Assembly (NCBI GenBank): GCA_003427395.1
Contig: BFEA01000001.1
Span: 5,785,719-5,849,718 of the forward strand
Reading direction: 5' to 3'
Source: Chara braunii
Taxonomy: Eukaryota; Plantae; Charophyceae
Length of the DNA stretch: 64,000 nt
In this document: positions 36,513-49,139 of the stretch, in pieces
How the letters are laid out: every line of letters begins with the position of its first letter
Numbering within the stretch: position 1 is the stretch's first letter
Notes under the pieces: generated by a model
Seen by the model: only the letters and a program-made list of their open reading frames with translations
What the model was told of the DNA's origin: nothing
Database searches by the model: none
Position numbers and translations under genes: made by a program

Positions 36513-37969
36513 AAGTTACTGTGGGTCTGTGGCAATGAAACTTCTGATGTAATCTTTCGTGGATATGCTAAGAACCCAGTCCTTTTTCGACTGTCAAATC
36601 CTTTTCGGTCTGCCGGTCTTAGAGAACCTACTAGTAGTAAGATTGCACTCCATAATGAACTATTGTACTACTTTTCAAGAGCAATCCCTTTACTGTCTGC
36701 CTAGCCTGGCCGGTATGCAGCAGGAACAGTTGTGCACTGAGAGACTATATAGAGAAGCACAGGCCCTCTCTGGCTGTGTCTGTTGGTTCGTTGCCTAAGT
36801 GGTAGTTTCTGTCTATTGTGTCACGTCGAACACCCACAGGCATCAGGAAGTCTACAAAAGGAATTGAGAGTGCATCAAACAAGCGCGTTAGTGAATCGTG
36901 CTTTATGCGTGTATGTTTGACAGGACAATCATTGGAACAGTGTGCGACCCTAACACGTTTCAGGATAACACTTCCGCAGGATATCGTGGTGATCCGCCTG
37001 GTACGGAGGCTTAAGCCACCAGTACCCTGTCCAGCTATTTGTTTTGCAAGCTGGGCTGTATACATGCAACGCCCTTTGGGGTATGCCGGCCACTGATGAA
37101 TGTTGTCGATGGCCGCAAAAATGACCCCTACCCCCGAAGGTCGCGGGAGCTACCCACGTATTGGGGGGCTGCCGTGTATGTGACAGTATGTAGCTGCAAG
37201 CAGTTAAGCATGGTGATATGGACTGACAAGTTTCGAGGCATGTTCCTGTCGTGTACCCGTGGTTGGGTGGGGAGTTTTTTAATGGTCCATGTGAAAGATC
37301 GCTGCATCCTTGGCTGTGGCTGCTGAGCAGTCACTGATATTGTGAGAGAGATCTTCGACCCAGGTTTTAGGAGGGTGCGTGTAGGTTTGTCTCTGTTCTC
37401 TTCTCTTATATCGGTGATTGGGCGGATAGTTCCTTATGCACGACATGTGAAGAGGCATGGTGTCCTGGCCATGACCCAGCCATGACTGCTGTGCAGTCAG
37501 TGTTATTGTGTGAGAGATCGTCCGGCCAGCTTGGGGTGAGGGGTGGCTGTAGGCATGTTGCCAATCTCTTGTCTTGTACAGATGATCGGCAGGGTAGTTT
37601 GTCAGGCATTTCTGTTCTCCTCTCCTGTACAGTGGTTATGAGGATAGACCCTAAAACGAAGGGAAAACTTTTGCTTTATGTGTTGTTTAGTCCTCGGCCT
37701 TTCTGCATTGTGGCCACTTGCATCCCAGGTGCCATTGTGCACGGTACTTTTCCTTTCTGTGCAGTTGGCGCACCACTTGTTGATGTCTGTATTGTGGAGG
37801 ATCGAAACTGGGATGAAGGCAATTGGGGCACCACTTGTTGATGTCTGTATTGCGGAGGATCGAAACTGGGATGAAGGCAAGTGTGTTATGCACCACACAG
37901 GCCCTTTGGGCCCGGTGGTAGGTTTGGGGTAAGCCAGAGGGTAGGGGTTCATCGGTTCTCTTTTGGAGC

Positions 37970-38117
37970 CTTCGTTATGGTATGATTGTGTTCATTGTGT
38001 GGGAAGTAATGGTTTTTGTAGCTTTTTTTTGGGCTTTCTTTCATTCGAGTCTGGCGCCTACTGTAGAAATTGGAGCTATTTGGCCTCCAAAAGGTATTGA
38101 TGTGTTAGATCCTTGGG
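37970..38117 (+). pseudogene. cox3: NUMT: mitochondrial cox3 fragment
   Basis: [49 protein letters not shown] is the conserved plant COX3 segment. Confidence 0.93.
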
Positions 38118-38415
38118 TATCTGACTGCGTAGGAGGACCGATACAGGTCCACTGGCTGTTTATCAGGCCACTTGCAGCTCTCCTTTTCAGCGGGGCGCCA
38201 GTTCTCAGCACTGGGCGCCAGTTCTCTCCTTTTCAGCTCTTTTCAGCTGGGCTCTAGTGCTCTTTTGGGCACCAGATTGCAGCACCTCAGTTTGTCCCGT
38301 AGTGAGGATCCCTGGGCGCCAGTTCTCCAGTTTGGTCGTCAGTTCTCCATTTTTGAGTTGGGCGCCAGTCCTGGCTACACCACAGTAGGCCCAGTGGCAT
38401 ATATAGCTGGGCCAG

Positions 38416-38724
38416 CAGTGTTGCACACCTCGACCGTCGGCGACCCTTGACTGGTCGACTGCCAACCCGCCAACCGGTCGGAGGTCGTCGGTTCCCCGGA
38501 TCTTCTTTTTTTTTTTTTTTTTTTTTTTTTGGGTCGAGAACCCCTAATAACCCAACCAACAACCCAATACCCTCCCCAAATTCAGTGAGCGCAGTACAGC
38601 TTCAAGCGCAGATCTGAAAAAAAAATAGTGGATGGCTGTTTTCTGACTGGTCCGCGGACCGCCGACCGGTTGGGCCTACTGCTCGGCTGCAGAACGGTTG
38701 GCGGTCGGCAGCTATGCAACCCTG
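38416..38724. mobile_element. hAT-type MITE
   Basis: TIRs cagtgttgca / tgcaaccctg; perfect 8-bp TSD tgggccag at 38408-15 and 38725-32. Confidence 0.85.
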
Positions 38725-39011
38725 TGGGCCAGCCTCATTTGTGGCTACACAAAGTTGGAGGTAGAGTCTCAGCATGTCACAGTAGCAAAGTCGACGTGCT
38801 GGGCACAGTAGTGGTAGACTTCAGCGCTGGGCGCTCTTCATGTTGACGACATCGGCTTCGAGCTTGGCCTGCAGCTCGCTGCAGCCAGTTTAGAGGAGTA
38901 GAGGATGAGGTGGAGGCCAGGACTTACCTGTCGACTTACCTGCAACGCCATAGTTCCAGCTTTGTCTTCAGCGCGTCCATACCTGTGTCAAGGCGGCACC
39001 TCTTAGCAGGT

Positions 39012-39012
<1 letters not shown>

Positions 39013-39077
<65 letters not shown>

Positions 39078-39230
39078 NNNNNNNNNNNNNNNNNNNNNNN
39101 NNNNNNNNNNNNNNNNNNNNNNNNNNNNNNNNNNNNNNNNNNNNNNNNNNNNNNNNNNNNNNNNNNNNNNNNNNNNNNNNNNNNNNNNNNNNNNNNNNNN
39201 NNNNNNNNNNNNNNNNNNNNNNNNNNNNNN

Positions 39231-39301
<71 letters not shown>
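39013..39301. repeat. (GA)n microsatellite spanning an assembly gap
   Basis: GA repeats on both sides of the N run. Confidence 0.9.
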
Positions 39302-39303
<2 letters not shown>

Positions 39304-40563
39304 GAGACTGGGTGACATTGGACTATGGACAGAGACATTGGGAGACTATTTTGGAGACTTCATGAGCGACATTTGTGTTGACGACATCTTTATTCCTCCT
39401 CTTCCTTCGTCTCTTCCCCCTCCTCTATGGATGTTTGCTGGCCTGGTGACCTTCGTCTGTGTGTTTGGCTCGAAGACCCCTTCCACCCTGCTTGATGATG
39501 ACGAGTTTGCTGCAGCTGGTCTGCGTCATTGTGAGTCAGCTCGTGGTATATCAGTCTTCCGCTGTGCTATCTTTGCTCTCTGCTTGAGGTCGGTTCTTGG
39601 TTCTGATCTCTGCCTTATAGGCATGTGACAGCAAGCCTGAACAAGAAGAGAGTTGGAGCATCACACGAATACCTGCATAGCCAGCCCCTTTTGGGGTGTC
39701 TTCCGCTAGTTTTCTGATGTTTCCGGTCACGATTCCATCAAAGGTGTTTTTGGTACATGGATACTGCTGAAGGCCAAAGTTGGTAATCGTCCAAGCCAAG
39801 GGCCGTTCAGAGGCACTTTTTTCCGCTATACAGGTGGTACAAGGTTGGACCCCAAAGAAAGAAGTGGTAAGGTGCTTTCTTTTTCTTGTTGTGGCAGAGG
39901 GATTCTGCTGGTTGCGGGTATGCTCAGCATGGGGTAGACTTTAGGGTTTGGACAGTTCCCTCCGGACTTCCTATTTTGGCCGAGGTATCCTTTTGTGTGC
40001 CCTAACTCCATTGTTCATCCATGGAGTGTTTTGTTCTTTCTGTCTCCTCAGAATGATAGGTGTGATCCAGAAGGAGAGGGAGAAAGGAAAAATAAAATCA
40101 TGTTTGTCTGCAGATGTGAAGATCACATGAACATCTCTTTAGAAGCTGGAAGGTATGGATAGCGTGAAATGGGACTTCGGTTATTTTGGACCTGAAAAGG
40201 CAGGACTCTTATGTCAATGATTGTACTATTGGACAGATGTGGAAAGGTACTTTGGCTTATTCTCATTGCAGAAAGGCATGAGTGGGTTCACTTTGTTGTT
40301 GGTCTGATAGCACAAATTAATGTGGGATGATAAATCTTTGATGTGGAAATGTACAAGGACGATGACAATTCCTGTGCTATCAGCTTGATGTGGAACGGGA
40401 ATGGATGATGATAACACAGGGAGCTACCCTGGCAGCTAGCCTGGTAATCTTGGAAGGAGTATGTGTGGTTGTGGTGAAATGTGTGGTTTTTGCCGTATTG
40501 TATTGCGTACAAAAGTATTGATGATGGCTATCTTGTGACGTGTGTTCTCGTCCTTCTCTCCAG

Positions 40564-40625
40564 AGAATGAGGTGCTCTATCCTATGATGGTCACTGGGCC
40601 AAGTGGCGAAAAAGTGGAGCTAATG
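40564..40625 (+). CDS. CLU: CLU exon 2
   Basis: cag|AG...ATG|gtgag; ENEVLYPMMVTGPSGEKVELM matches the start of the plant CLU_N domain. Confidence 0.85.
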
Positions 40626-41976
40626 GTGAGCACTCTGTGTTCCCTCTCTGCACATCACTATCTCCTGCTTTTCCCAGCCTTTCTTCTCTGTGTTGCCCGT
40701 GGTTCTCCTCTCCCTCTCTCCCCATGCATATGATAGTCGGCTTCACAGATGGCTGACCTGGTGGGCTTGGGAATGCCGAGCTTGGTAAGCGTGGCAGGCG
40801 TGGTGTTTTTGGTGGTGGTGGGGGGGGATTGGGGGGAAAGTCTTCAATGTGCTCGAGCGTTAAGTCCTATGGAGTTTGGAGTTTTGGAACGAGTGAACCT
40901 GTGTCACCTTCTTTTTTGGGTATTCCTGGTGTCAAAGGTGGGACTTTGTTGTGGCACTTGTGGGATGCATGCGTATCTGTATGCACTATGAATGGTAAGG
41001 TTGGACTCGGTTGTGGCACTTGTGGGATGCATGCGTATCTGTATGCACTGTGAATGGTGGCTAGGGGCATCCTGTCAATGGAGGGCAGGGGTGAGCTATG
41101 TTTAGATGTGGGGCGTTGGGGAGGGTTGATTCTATCAAGGGTTGTTTTTTGTGGACTGGGGGGACCACTTTCAAAGAGAAGAAATAGGCTGCTGTCACTT
41201 CGTTGTAGCGTGATGGTTCTCGTCTTAGTGGTGTTGGGCTCAGTGGAGTGCCCTGTTACGATCTCCGTCGGTTGTTGTCCACACTGATATTAGTAGTGTT
41301 GGAATGTGCCCCCTTGTGGCAGAAAAGGACCAGTTTGGTGGAAGGTTCTGGTATGCCTCGCTAGAATGGTAGTACTCTCAGACACGGAAGAACGATGGGG
41401 AAGTGGGCATTCCTCCTGAACCATGGACTCCGTCATTTTCGTGATCAAACTGTTGCAGTATTAGTGGTCAGGTCTTTGTGCTCGCCTTGGCCCAACGGGT
41501 GGCTGCAGATTGCTCCCTGGCTGATGGCCTGAAGACCACTCTGAGCTATTTCCTGTGCTGTCCTGCAAGGTAGGAGTGCTGGATAAAGGAGAGAGACACA
41601 CCTCAGTGGCTCACAGGAGTCAGATCTTGTGTGTTTGTGTGTCAATGTGCCTTGGGGTTCACTTCTCTGTGATTATTGCCTTGATTTTGTGCGTATGCCT
41701 GATAGCCTGGACAGCACCATGAGATGATTCAGACGCTACCATGCAAGTCAGAGGGAGTGCAGATAAAGGAGAGAGAGACACCACAACTTGCGCATTGTAT
41801 GCAGTTCTCGTGTGTGTGTGTTGGTGTTACTGTGTGTTGTCTTCCGTGTGTCCGTGATGATTGGCTTGATCTGATCTGGATGATTGCATGAATACAATTG
41901 TTGTTTGACTGGTACGTCAATGGTGGTCACTGATGAGTGAGCGTCTACCAAACTGCTGGACTGTGCATTTCAACAG

Positions 41977-42166
41977 GTTCTGCCGACAGACACAGTGATG
42001 GATATAAGGCAGTTCCTTGCGGATGCCCCAGAGACGTGCTTCTATACGTGTTATGATCTCATTCTGACGCTGCCAACAGGAATGAGGTATCAGCTTATGG
42101 ATTACCTTGAGCTGTCCGAGGTGTGCGATGTGGCAGCAGGGGGCTGCAAGTTGGAGATGGTGGATG
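41977..42166 (+). CDS. CLU: CLU exon 3
   Basis: VLPTDTVMDIRQFLADAPETCFYTCYDL...CKLEMVD; canonical splice sites. Confidence 0.95.
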
Positions 42167-42902
42167 GTGAGTTAGTGTCCTTGTTTGGGCTTGTCGTTGT
42201 TTTGCGTATAGCTAACAAGGAAGCCCCTTGCAGAACAATATGTTTTCGAGAGAGAGGAGTAATTGAATATTATCACTGGACGATGACTGCATCCCACTCT
42301 GCTATGTCGGAGGGAGCCTTTGCAGGGAAATCTGTGGGGTGATAACGCGTGGTTGAATTGGCAATTCCACTGAGCTTAAGCGCAGATCGGACTGTGAAGG
42401 TGTTCCTAATTCCAAGCACCAATCTCTGCATTAGTATGCATGCATTCATCGAATTTGGCTCTGCCTGCTGGGAGACACCAATCGCCTGAAAGCTCGGCCA
42501 TAGATGATGTTAGGGTTTCTCGCTGCAGTTCTCTTTTGTGAAGTTTCAAAATCTGGCTCCGATCAGAGAGATGATTCTCTGAACGGAGACTGTAAGTATG
42601 TGGCAGGTGGAGCATCATTGTATGTATTTGCCAACTTGGGCTCTGCCTGCTGGGAGACACCAATCGCTCGCTTGAAAGCTGGGCCAGAGGTGATGTCAAG
42701 GTTTTTCACTGCAGTTCTCATTTGTGGAGTTTCAAAATCTGGTTCAGATCAGGGGGATGATTTTCTAAACTGAGACTAGGTATGTTGCAGATGGAGCATC
42801 ATTATCAAGTATGCGGTACAATCATCAATAGGAAGTGCAGAGTGTGTGGCAAAATGGGTGAGAAAAAGGACATTTTTCAAAGATTTAAGGATTGTGCTTC
42901 AA

Positions 42903-43125
42903 CTACATCTCAACCCGGAAAGGCCTGGAACCATTATGCAGATTAGGCTTGTGCTGGAAATCGGGTCCAGCGTCCCATATCCACAAGCTTTCGAAAAATG
43001 CTGCAACTGGACTAACAAAAGGAGAATCTTGTTCCTACAAATTCTGGGCCTCGTGTCTTGTCCGTCTACCCAAAGACCTGCATTAGCAAAGACACAACTC
43101 CCTTAAAAAAAAAAAAAAAAAAAAA
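42903..43125 (+). mobile_element. 5'-truncated retroposon 3' end with poly(A)
   Basis: 13-bp TSD gattgtgcttcaa at 42890-42902 and 43126-43138; ~21-nt A tail. Confidence 0.75.
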
Positions 43126-43147
43126 GATTGTGCTTCAAGCCTTCAAC

Positions 43148-43296
43148 TCCTTTTTGGGACATCTGTCAAAATTGGAACGATATGGAGAAGATTAGCATGA
43201 CCCCTGAGCAAGGATACACAGAGAGAAGATTAGCGTCCCCTGCGCAAGGATGACACTCATAAATCGGAAAATGGTACCCACTTAAAAAAAATAAAA
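43148..43296 (+). pseudogene. U6: U6 snRNA retropseudogene with internal duplication
   Basis: gggacatctgtcaaaattggaacgatatggagaagattagcatgacccctgagcaaggat, then again gagaagattagcgtcccctgcgcaaggatgacactcataaatcggaaaatggt; A tail; ~24-bp imperfect TSD at 43127-50 and 43297-320. Confidence 0.9.
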
Positions 43297-44100
43297 ATTG
43301 TGCTTGAAGCCGTGAACTCCAAAAGCCATCTGTGTCTTCCCTTTCTCTGCGCGTCCTTGCATTCTCTCTCCTAACCCTGTCTGGCTTACTCTGTCATCTT
43401 TTTCACAGCGTGCAAGTGGGCTGTCATGACAGATGGGGTACGGGCGCCTCATGCCAAACCACACTGGCATGGGGAGCCTTGCCCCTGAGAGGCACAGTCA
43501 ACAGGGAGAGCTGAAAGAAATAAAGACGAGAAACCGCAAAAGAGTTAAAAGGAAGAAAGACGACAAGAACTGCTCAGAGAATGGCAAAATAAATGGGTTC
43601 AGCGCCTCTCTTGCCATCTGCTCTTTTCTTCATTTGCTTCACTCTGAATCCAGAATGCTTGGTACATAAATTGAGCAAGAAAGGGAAAGCGGTAAAGGGC
43701 CGACCAAGAAATCCCAAAGAACGGTGGAAGGATTGAGAGTGAGACTAAAGACTAGAGTGTTTGGGAAATCCCATGACAGTGTGACCTAAATGAGTGGAAT
43801 GGGGGAACGGTACCATTGGAGAACTGTATACTGTTTCTCATGTGTATCATATCAGGTGCATGAAGGTGTGGCCTTTGGAATTATAGCTGTGGAAACAAGT
43901 GGACTTGTGACTGTTTCTCTGATCAAATTGGGGTTTGGTTCTGGGGCTCATTGTGTGGTGGATAAGGTTGCAGCTAGGTACAATCAGTGATGTTTTTTTC
44001 AGAGTTGTGGTGCTTACAACATATCGTACTGTATCTGACATATCAACTGAAAGCATGAATGTAATGCATATTTTGATGTCTCTCTCTTTTCTATTTGCAG

Positions 44101-44226
44101 CATTTTATGATGATAGGACAGTTCGTAATCATGTTCGGCGGACAAGGGACTTGATATCTACTTCGAACATCCATATGTCTTTGTCGACAAAACTGGCAAT
44201 GGAATTTGAGAAGTCGCTGGCAAATG
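44101..44226 (+). CDS. CLU: CLU exon 4
   Basis: AFYDDRTVRNHVRRTRDLIS...; polypyrimidine-cag acceptor, G|gtacag donor. Confidence 0.9.
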
Positions 44227-44284
44227 GTACAGTGTAAATGCTCAACACATTGGTTCAGTGTTTCGTGATCGGTATCCCTTGCAG

Positions 44285-44286
<2 letters not shown>

Positions 44287-44344
<58 letters not shown>
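44287..44344. repeat. (GT)n microsatellite
   Basis: ~29 GT units. Confidence 0.95.
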
Positions 44345-44345
<1 letters not shown>

Positions 44346-45905
44346 GCATGCGTGGTTGAGGACAACTAATGTCCCATGGCAACTTTTCTCTATCTATAAA
44401 GGGGGATAGCTCAGATTATTACGAATTCTTACAGTATTGTTTGCTTATCAACACCACGTAGCATTGAGCTATAGGGTGGCTCCATAGGTAGGTATAAGGT
44501 GAAACATGAACAGCATGAAGGTGAGGTCGTGCCTGGTCTGGCTGTGTGTCAAAGCATTATAAGGGCATTCTCACGCTTTCATCGATGCATCTGATTGTTT
44601 TTATGAGCGTATGAAGCCAAAACATATCAAGCCAGAAAAGTCTTAGTGTGATTATGCTGTGCAGCCCTTTCTCTGTTTGAGGTTTTACATTGTTATCAAG
44701 ATGTTGACGTGCATTTGTCACGGTCATGCCCTGGTGCCAGTAAGGTGGGAACGCAGGATATGGTGTGCATAGAAGAACAGAACAGTCGTCTTTTCAACTT
44801 TCTTCTCCCTGACGTGAATGTCATAGGGTGTGCAAGTAAGCTCAGTTCACTCAGTTGTGAGTCCCAAGAGGATACGATTTTTGTGGAGCCCAGTGCTGGA
44901 CTGCAGAAGGTACTGGTCCTATAAGAGAAGCACCGAGGGAAAGTGTTTGTGTCAGGTGTTGTGTTTTGTGTATAAATCTTCGCCACTGATACGGAGGGGG
45001 GGGGAGTTGAGCTATGAAGTGCTGCGAAGCATTATGGAGCATTGATGTTATTGCACTCGAGATATGATGCATTTCTTCTGTTCTTTTTTTTTAAATATGA
45101 ACAAAATACAGCTGTCTTCTCCTCCTATGGGGACATTTGTATTTTTTTACCTGCCCTATTTTCTTCCCTCGTTTTACCTCACACTAGCTACCGATATCTA
45201 CCCACAAGCCCTACAAGGCAGATATTGAATCACCTCTCTTCAGGAAGAGCAGCTACTACCCCAGACAAGCAAGGGGTGCAACAGCCTATTGGCACATCAA
45301 GGGAACCCTTTTTTTTTTTCTTTTTTTTTTTTCCGGTTATGGTCCTGGCTCCTTCTATTCTGGGGAGCGTCAGTCCGGTTCCTATTCCACCGGCAAGTCA
45401 AAATAAGCATTACATCAATGACACTCACATACGCTTCCTTCCGTCAGGCCGAAGGATCCCTGAACAGCATTGATTGCTCCACCGTGGTGGAGGATTGACT
45501 GTCAGCTTGCCCTATCCCACTCTTTCCTCTCAGACCTAGGTTCCAGGTCTGCCAGATAGCACCATTGGCCCTAGAAAGAGCTCATCNGATAAACTTGACG
45601 GCCTGTATCTTCCCCATGCATCTCCCTACCCCTTTGGAAGATCTGTGATAAACCCTACACCCTAAACCCTATGCCTGCGCCCGACTTCCAATAGTCGAAC
45701 TCTATCCCTTTCTTTTTTTTTTTTTTTCCTCATCCAAACTGTCTGGAATGAACCTTGAGAAATGTCCATTGCTAAACCCTAAACCCTTGATCTTACTGCC
45801 ACACTCTAGAATGTGTCCTATAAACAGTCCTTAACTCACCCTAAACTCTATCCTCACCAACCCATCCTCTATGTCTATGTGGTTCCCTTAAACCCTAACC
45901 TCATC

Positions 45906-47540
45906 CTAACTGTCTGGAACGTGTCCTCTCCAAATGAAGGATAAATTATTATTCTTTATGATTGCAACTGCTCCTTGCCCCAAGATATTCTGATTAAACC
46001 GTTTCATTATCTCTTCCGCTTGTCCCGGATGGAGTGGTACTCGTTTCCTTACTACTTTCCATTGTGCTCTAAAATCTGTTTCAACCAACGTGAGAAATAT
46101 CTCCCTTGCTTCCTGTATGTGCATTGGCCTATCTTCAAAAGTAACTTGGCACCTGCGTTTCCAGATAGTCCAGAGACTATACTGTCGCACTAATTTAAAA
46201 AGATGTTTCTCAAAGTTCTGCCATAGNTTCGGGATGTTGAGTCCCAACATAAGGGAGATTTTAGACTCAGGAAAAGAAGACCTTGTAATCTGTCCCCATA
46301 TGTTCCTCACTTCCCCCCAAAACTTACCTGCTTCCTCACATGCTATGAGGCAATGCAGCATTGTTTCCGGATCCCCCGATCTACATACCCGGCATGCAGC
46401 ACTGTCCGCGCTCCTCTGACCCAAACTTCTACGCTCATCCAACCAAGCATTGACCGGAAGTGNCACGTGAGCTATCAACCACTGCATACTTCTAACCAAC
46501 CCCAACCGTATAGCTGTAATACTTGACCAAGGTATTTTCGTTAACTGATTACGTGGAATGTCTACTCTCNTTTCCCATCTCTTTGTCAATAAAGGCGCGA
46601 GCGTATGAGCCCGTCTTCTCAATCNATACCCAGAACTAGTAGTATAATGTAAGATGTTAATTCTTCTTTCTACACCTNTACCTCTATTCTTGAGCTTCCA
46701 AGCCCATTCTACCGGATCCACTTCCAGATCTTCAATTGATACTGATGGACTATAAATTGTAAAATCCTCTGTCTCCACTACCCTCACCTTCCTCAGATAT
46801 TGTTTAAGAATAACTAACTGAACTTTAGAAGTNATGTCCAGAAGAGAAGTTGTATTGGATGGATGGGTAATTTCATACTTATCTGCATGTAGCCAATCNT
46901 GCTTTGAAGAATCTTGATTCCATATCCTGAAGGCTTCCTTAGGTTCACTATCATAGTTCCATGTGGCCCAGTCCCCCTGCTGCCATTTTATACCCTCCTG
47001 TAGGACTTGTTGCCACCTTTGTGGTATTGCCCCTAAGACAATCCCCCGATTATCATCTAATTTATGACATCCTTTTAATTGAGTCCTTAATTCTCCCACT
47101 GTTTTCCATCTCCCTTCCCTGTCTTCCCAGATATGCTTTACTTGCCAAACCCCATGCTCTACCCATCTTCCCCACTTTGCGTCTTTTATNGACAGTATCA
47201 GCGGNTNCCCTTGTGCATCCCTAATACTCTGATTACCAAACAAAGGTTGTCTAAGAATTTCTTCCCTCGTGCCTGGCTCCTTAACTTTTGCTGGGAAAAT
47301 GTCCTTCCATAGTCTCAATAGCTGTACCCAATACGATGTTTTCGCTGCTTCATTGTCAGCCCCCTGAATACCTCGTACATGTCCTCCCACCTTAGGCCAA
47401 TTACTACACATTAACCAAAACAAGCCTGACATATTCTGGGGCGTTTTGAATTTAGCCATTTGTCGTATTCTGTGCAACACTATAGAGGTCCATGGTAGCT
47501 TGTGCTGTGTTAAGAGTCTAACCACCCACTTCGTTTGCAA
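45906..47540 (-). CDS. C-terminal part of an L1-like ORF2 with zinc-binding motif (5'-truncated, frame still open)
   Basis: EEILRQPLFGN, as in the 9-19 kb family; CRVCRSGDPETMLHCLIAC; LWTIWKRRC; poly(T) tail at ~45308-45332. Confidence 0.88.
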   Translation of the reverse strand: MQTKWVVRLLTQHKLPWTSIVLHRIRQMAKFKTPQNMSGLFWLMCSNWPKVGGHVRGIQGADNEAAKTSYWVQLLRLWKDIFPAKVKEPGTREEILRQPLFGNQSIRDAQGXPLILXIKDAKWGRWVEHGVWQVKHIWEDREGRWKTVGELRTQLKGCHKLDDNRGIVLGAIPQRWQQVLQEGIKWQQGDWATWNYDSEPKEAFRIWNQDSSKXDWLHADKYEITHPSNTTSLLDXTSKVQLVILKQYLRKVRVVETEDFTIYSPSVSIEDLEVDPVEWAWKLKNRGXGVERRINILHYTTSSGYXLRRRAHTLAPLLTKRWEXRVDIPRNQLTKIPWSSITAIRLGLVRSMQWLIAHVXLPVNAWLDERRSLGQRSADSAACRVCRSGDPETMLHCLIACEEAGKFWGEVRNIWGQITRSSFPESKISLMLGLNIPXLWQNFEKHLFKLVRQYSLWTIWKRRCQVTFEDRPMHIQEAREIFLTLVETDFRAQWKVVRKRVPLHPGQAEEIMKRFNQNILGQGAVAIIKNNNLSFIWRGHVPDS

Positions 47541-47854
47541 TGCCTTTAGTTGAGTATCTGGGTCCAGAATTCCCAGCCCCCCCTGTTGTTTTGGAATGGT
47601 GACATGCTTTTTACCTCACCTTATTTTTGGGGGACAGTTGTATTTTTTGGGGGACAGTTGTATTTTTTTCCCTACCCTATTTTCTTGTCTTTTTACCTCA
47701 CACTAGCTACCCGTATCTATGTCCTACCGACAAGCCATACAAGGCAGATAATGGATCACCTCTATTCAGGAAGAGCAGCTACTATCCCAGACAAGTACAA
47801 CAGCCTATTCGCACATCAAGTGAACCCGGATCTAAGACTAAGTCCACAGCTAGG

Positions 47855-48057
47855 ATCTAGGGCTAGGGTCTAGGGCTAGGGTCTAGCGCTAGGGTCTAAG
47901 GCCACCTTAAGTTTACTAACCATGTTTCTACATCGGCTAGGGTCTAGGGCTAGGGTCTAAGGCCACCTTAAATTTACTAACCATGTTTCTACATCGGCTA
48001 GGGTCTAAGGCTAGGGTCTAAGGCCACCTTAAATTTACTAACCATGTTTCTACATCT
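47855..48057. repeat. Telomere-like (CTAGGG/TCTAGGG)n within a ~61-bp tandem unit, three copies
   Basis: ctagggctagggtctagggctagggtc...aaggccaccttaa..ttactaaccatgtttctacatc repeated. Confidence 0.8.
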
Positions 48058-48191
48058 ACCTACTTCTGCTCTGTGCAGGGAGCAGTACCCAAGCTCCTAA
48101 CACCTGGCATGGGCTGGAAAGAATCACTTCCACAACCAGCCAGGAGGCCCAAGCCAACAATGTCCGCGGGTGAACCTGAAGCATCCCCCAG

Positions 48192-48257
48192 GAGGCCACG
48201 GGTATCGAACCCACGACGAGCGCCACTTACGTGCTCAACCAACTGAGCTAGCCTGCG
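48192..48257 (-). promoter_or_regulatory. tRNA-derived Pol III head (A and B boxes)
   Basis: Minus strand gcaggcTAGCTCAGTTGGttgagcac...gtggGTTCGATACccgtggcc; anticodon arm shortened. Confidence 0.75.
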
Positions 48258-49139
48258 TGGGCAACATGATGCATTTCTAGTATTGTGATTTGTGAAATGA
48301 TTGCGATAGGCTCTGGGTGTTGCCGAGTGTCCTGTTGCATCGTTTCTTCCAGCTCGCCCACAATGTCACCTTGCCGATCAAGCCGAAGCTGGTCTTTTCT
48401 GATTTGTCAAAGTGGGGTGGCATGTTAGTCCAGAGGAGGAGTTGGTGAAATGATCAGGTGAACGGATATGTTCTGTGCGATTCCAAGAGAAGTGATTGAT
48501 TTTGTAATCACTCTGGCATGCGTGTCGTTGATACCTTGCGGGTGAGGGGTGGGGAGTCATCATGGTGGCTGCAGTGGGGTGAGGCGAATCTGTATCACCG
48601 ATGCTTGAGGTGGAGTCGTGAAGAGGGGAGAGATATTGGGTTTAGTGTTGTGCAACCGTTCTTTGAATTGCTGTCGAGTCATTTGAGTACTGTGCTCCCT
48701 ACAAAAAACAGTGATCCTGTATAGTGAAATTTTAGTTGGAACTTGAAAGCAGGCTCTTACATGACAGTGTGCATGTGTGATAGTTTTCTAGATGGGAAGG
48801 TGCTCCCTAGAAAAGGCCTTGCGCATGTGATGATTTCAGAAGTTCTGTAGCAAGGATGTGCCTGTCCTACCTGGTGAGCATGTAATTGCTAGGCAGCTGG
48901 AGCTTGGGATAAAGATGTAGACAGGAATATTGTGGAAGCGTGTAGGCCTTTGTGCCGAGGTCTGAGCTTACTTGACATGTGTCTTGAGTCTTGCAAGGAC
49001 TTATTGTTGCATTGGCTACACAGCCAACTTTTGTTGTCATCGACCTTCTGGCATTTTCGGCAAATGAAATGCGGAGTATTGCATGATCTTAACCTTGCCC
49101 AGGGCTATACGTGTGTATTCCGCTGGTGAAAATTCACAG

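Larger units (their letters stand above)
45077..48265 (-). mobile_element. Composite tRNA-headed retroposon containing a LINE 3' fragment
   Basis: 13-bp TSD atgatgcatttct at 45064-76 and 48266-78; T tail ~45081-92; tRNA head at the right end; ~180-bp module duplicated at 45130-45307 and 47630-47827. Confidence 0.7.

Noticed and set aside
43148-43280. Functional U6 gene
   Set aside because: ACAGAGA box mutated in the first copy, internal duplication, A tail and TSD, no oligo-T terminator.
48192-48257. Functional tRNA gene (also 36364-36430)
   Set aside because: Anticodon arm and acceptor stem are defective and SINE-like bodies follow.
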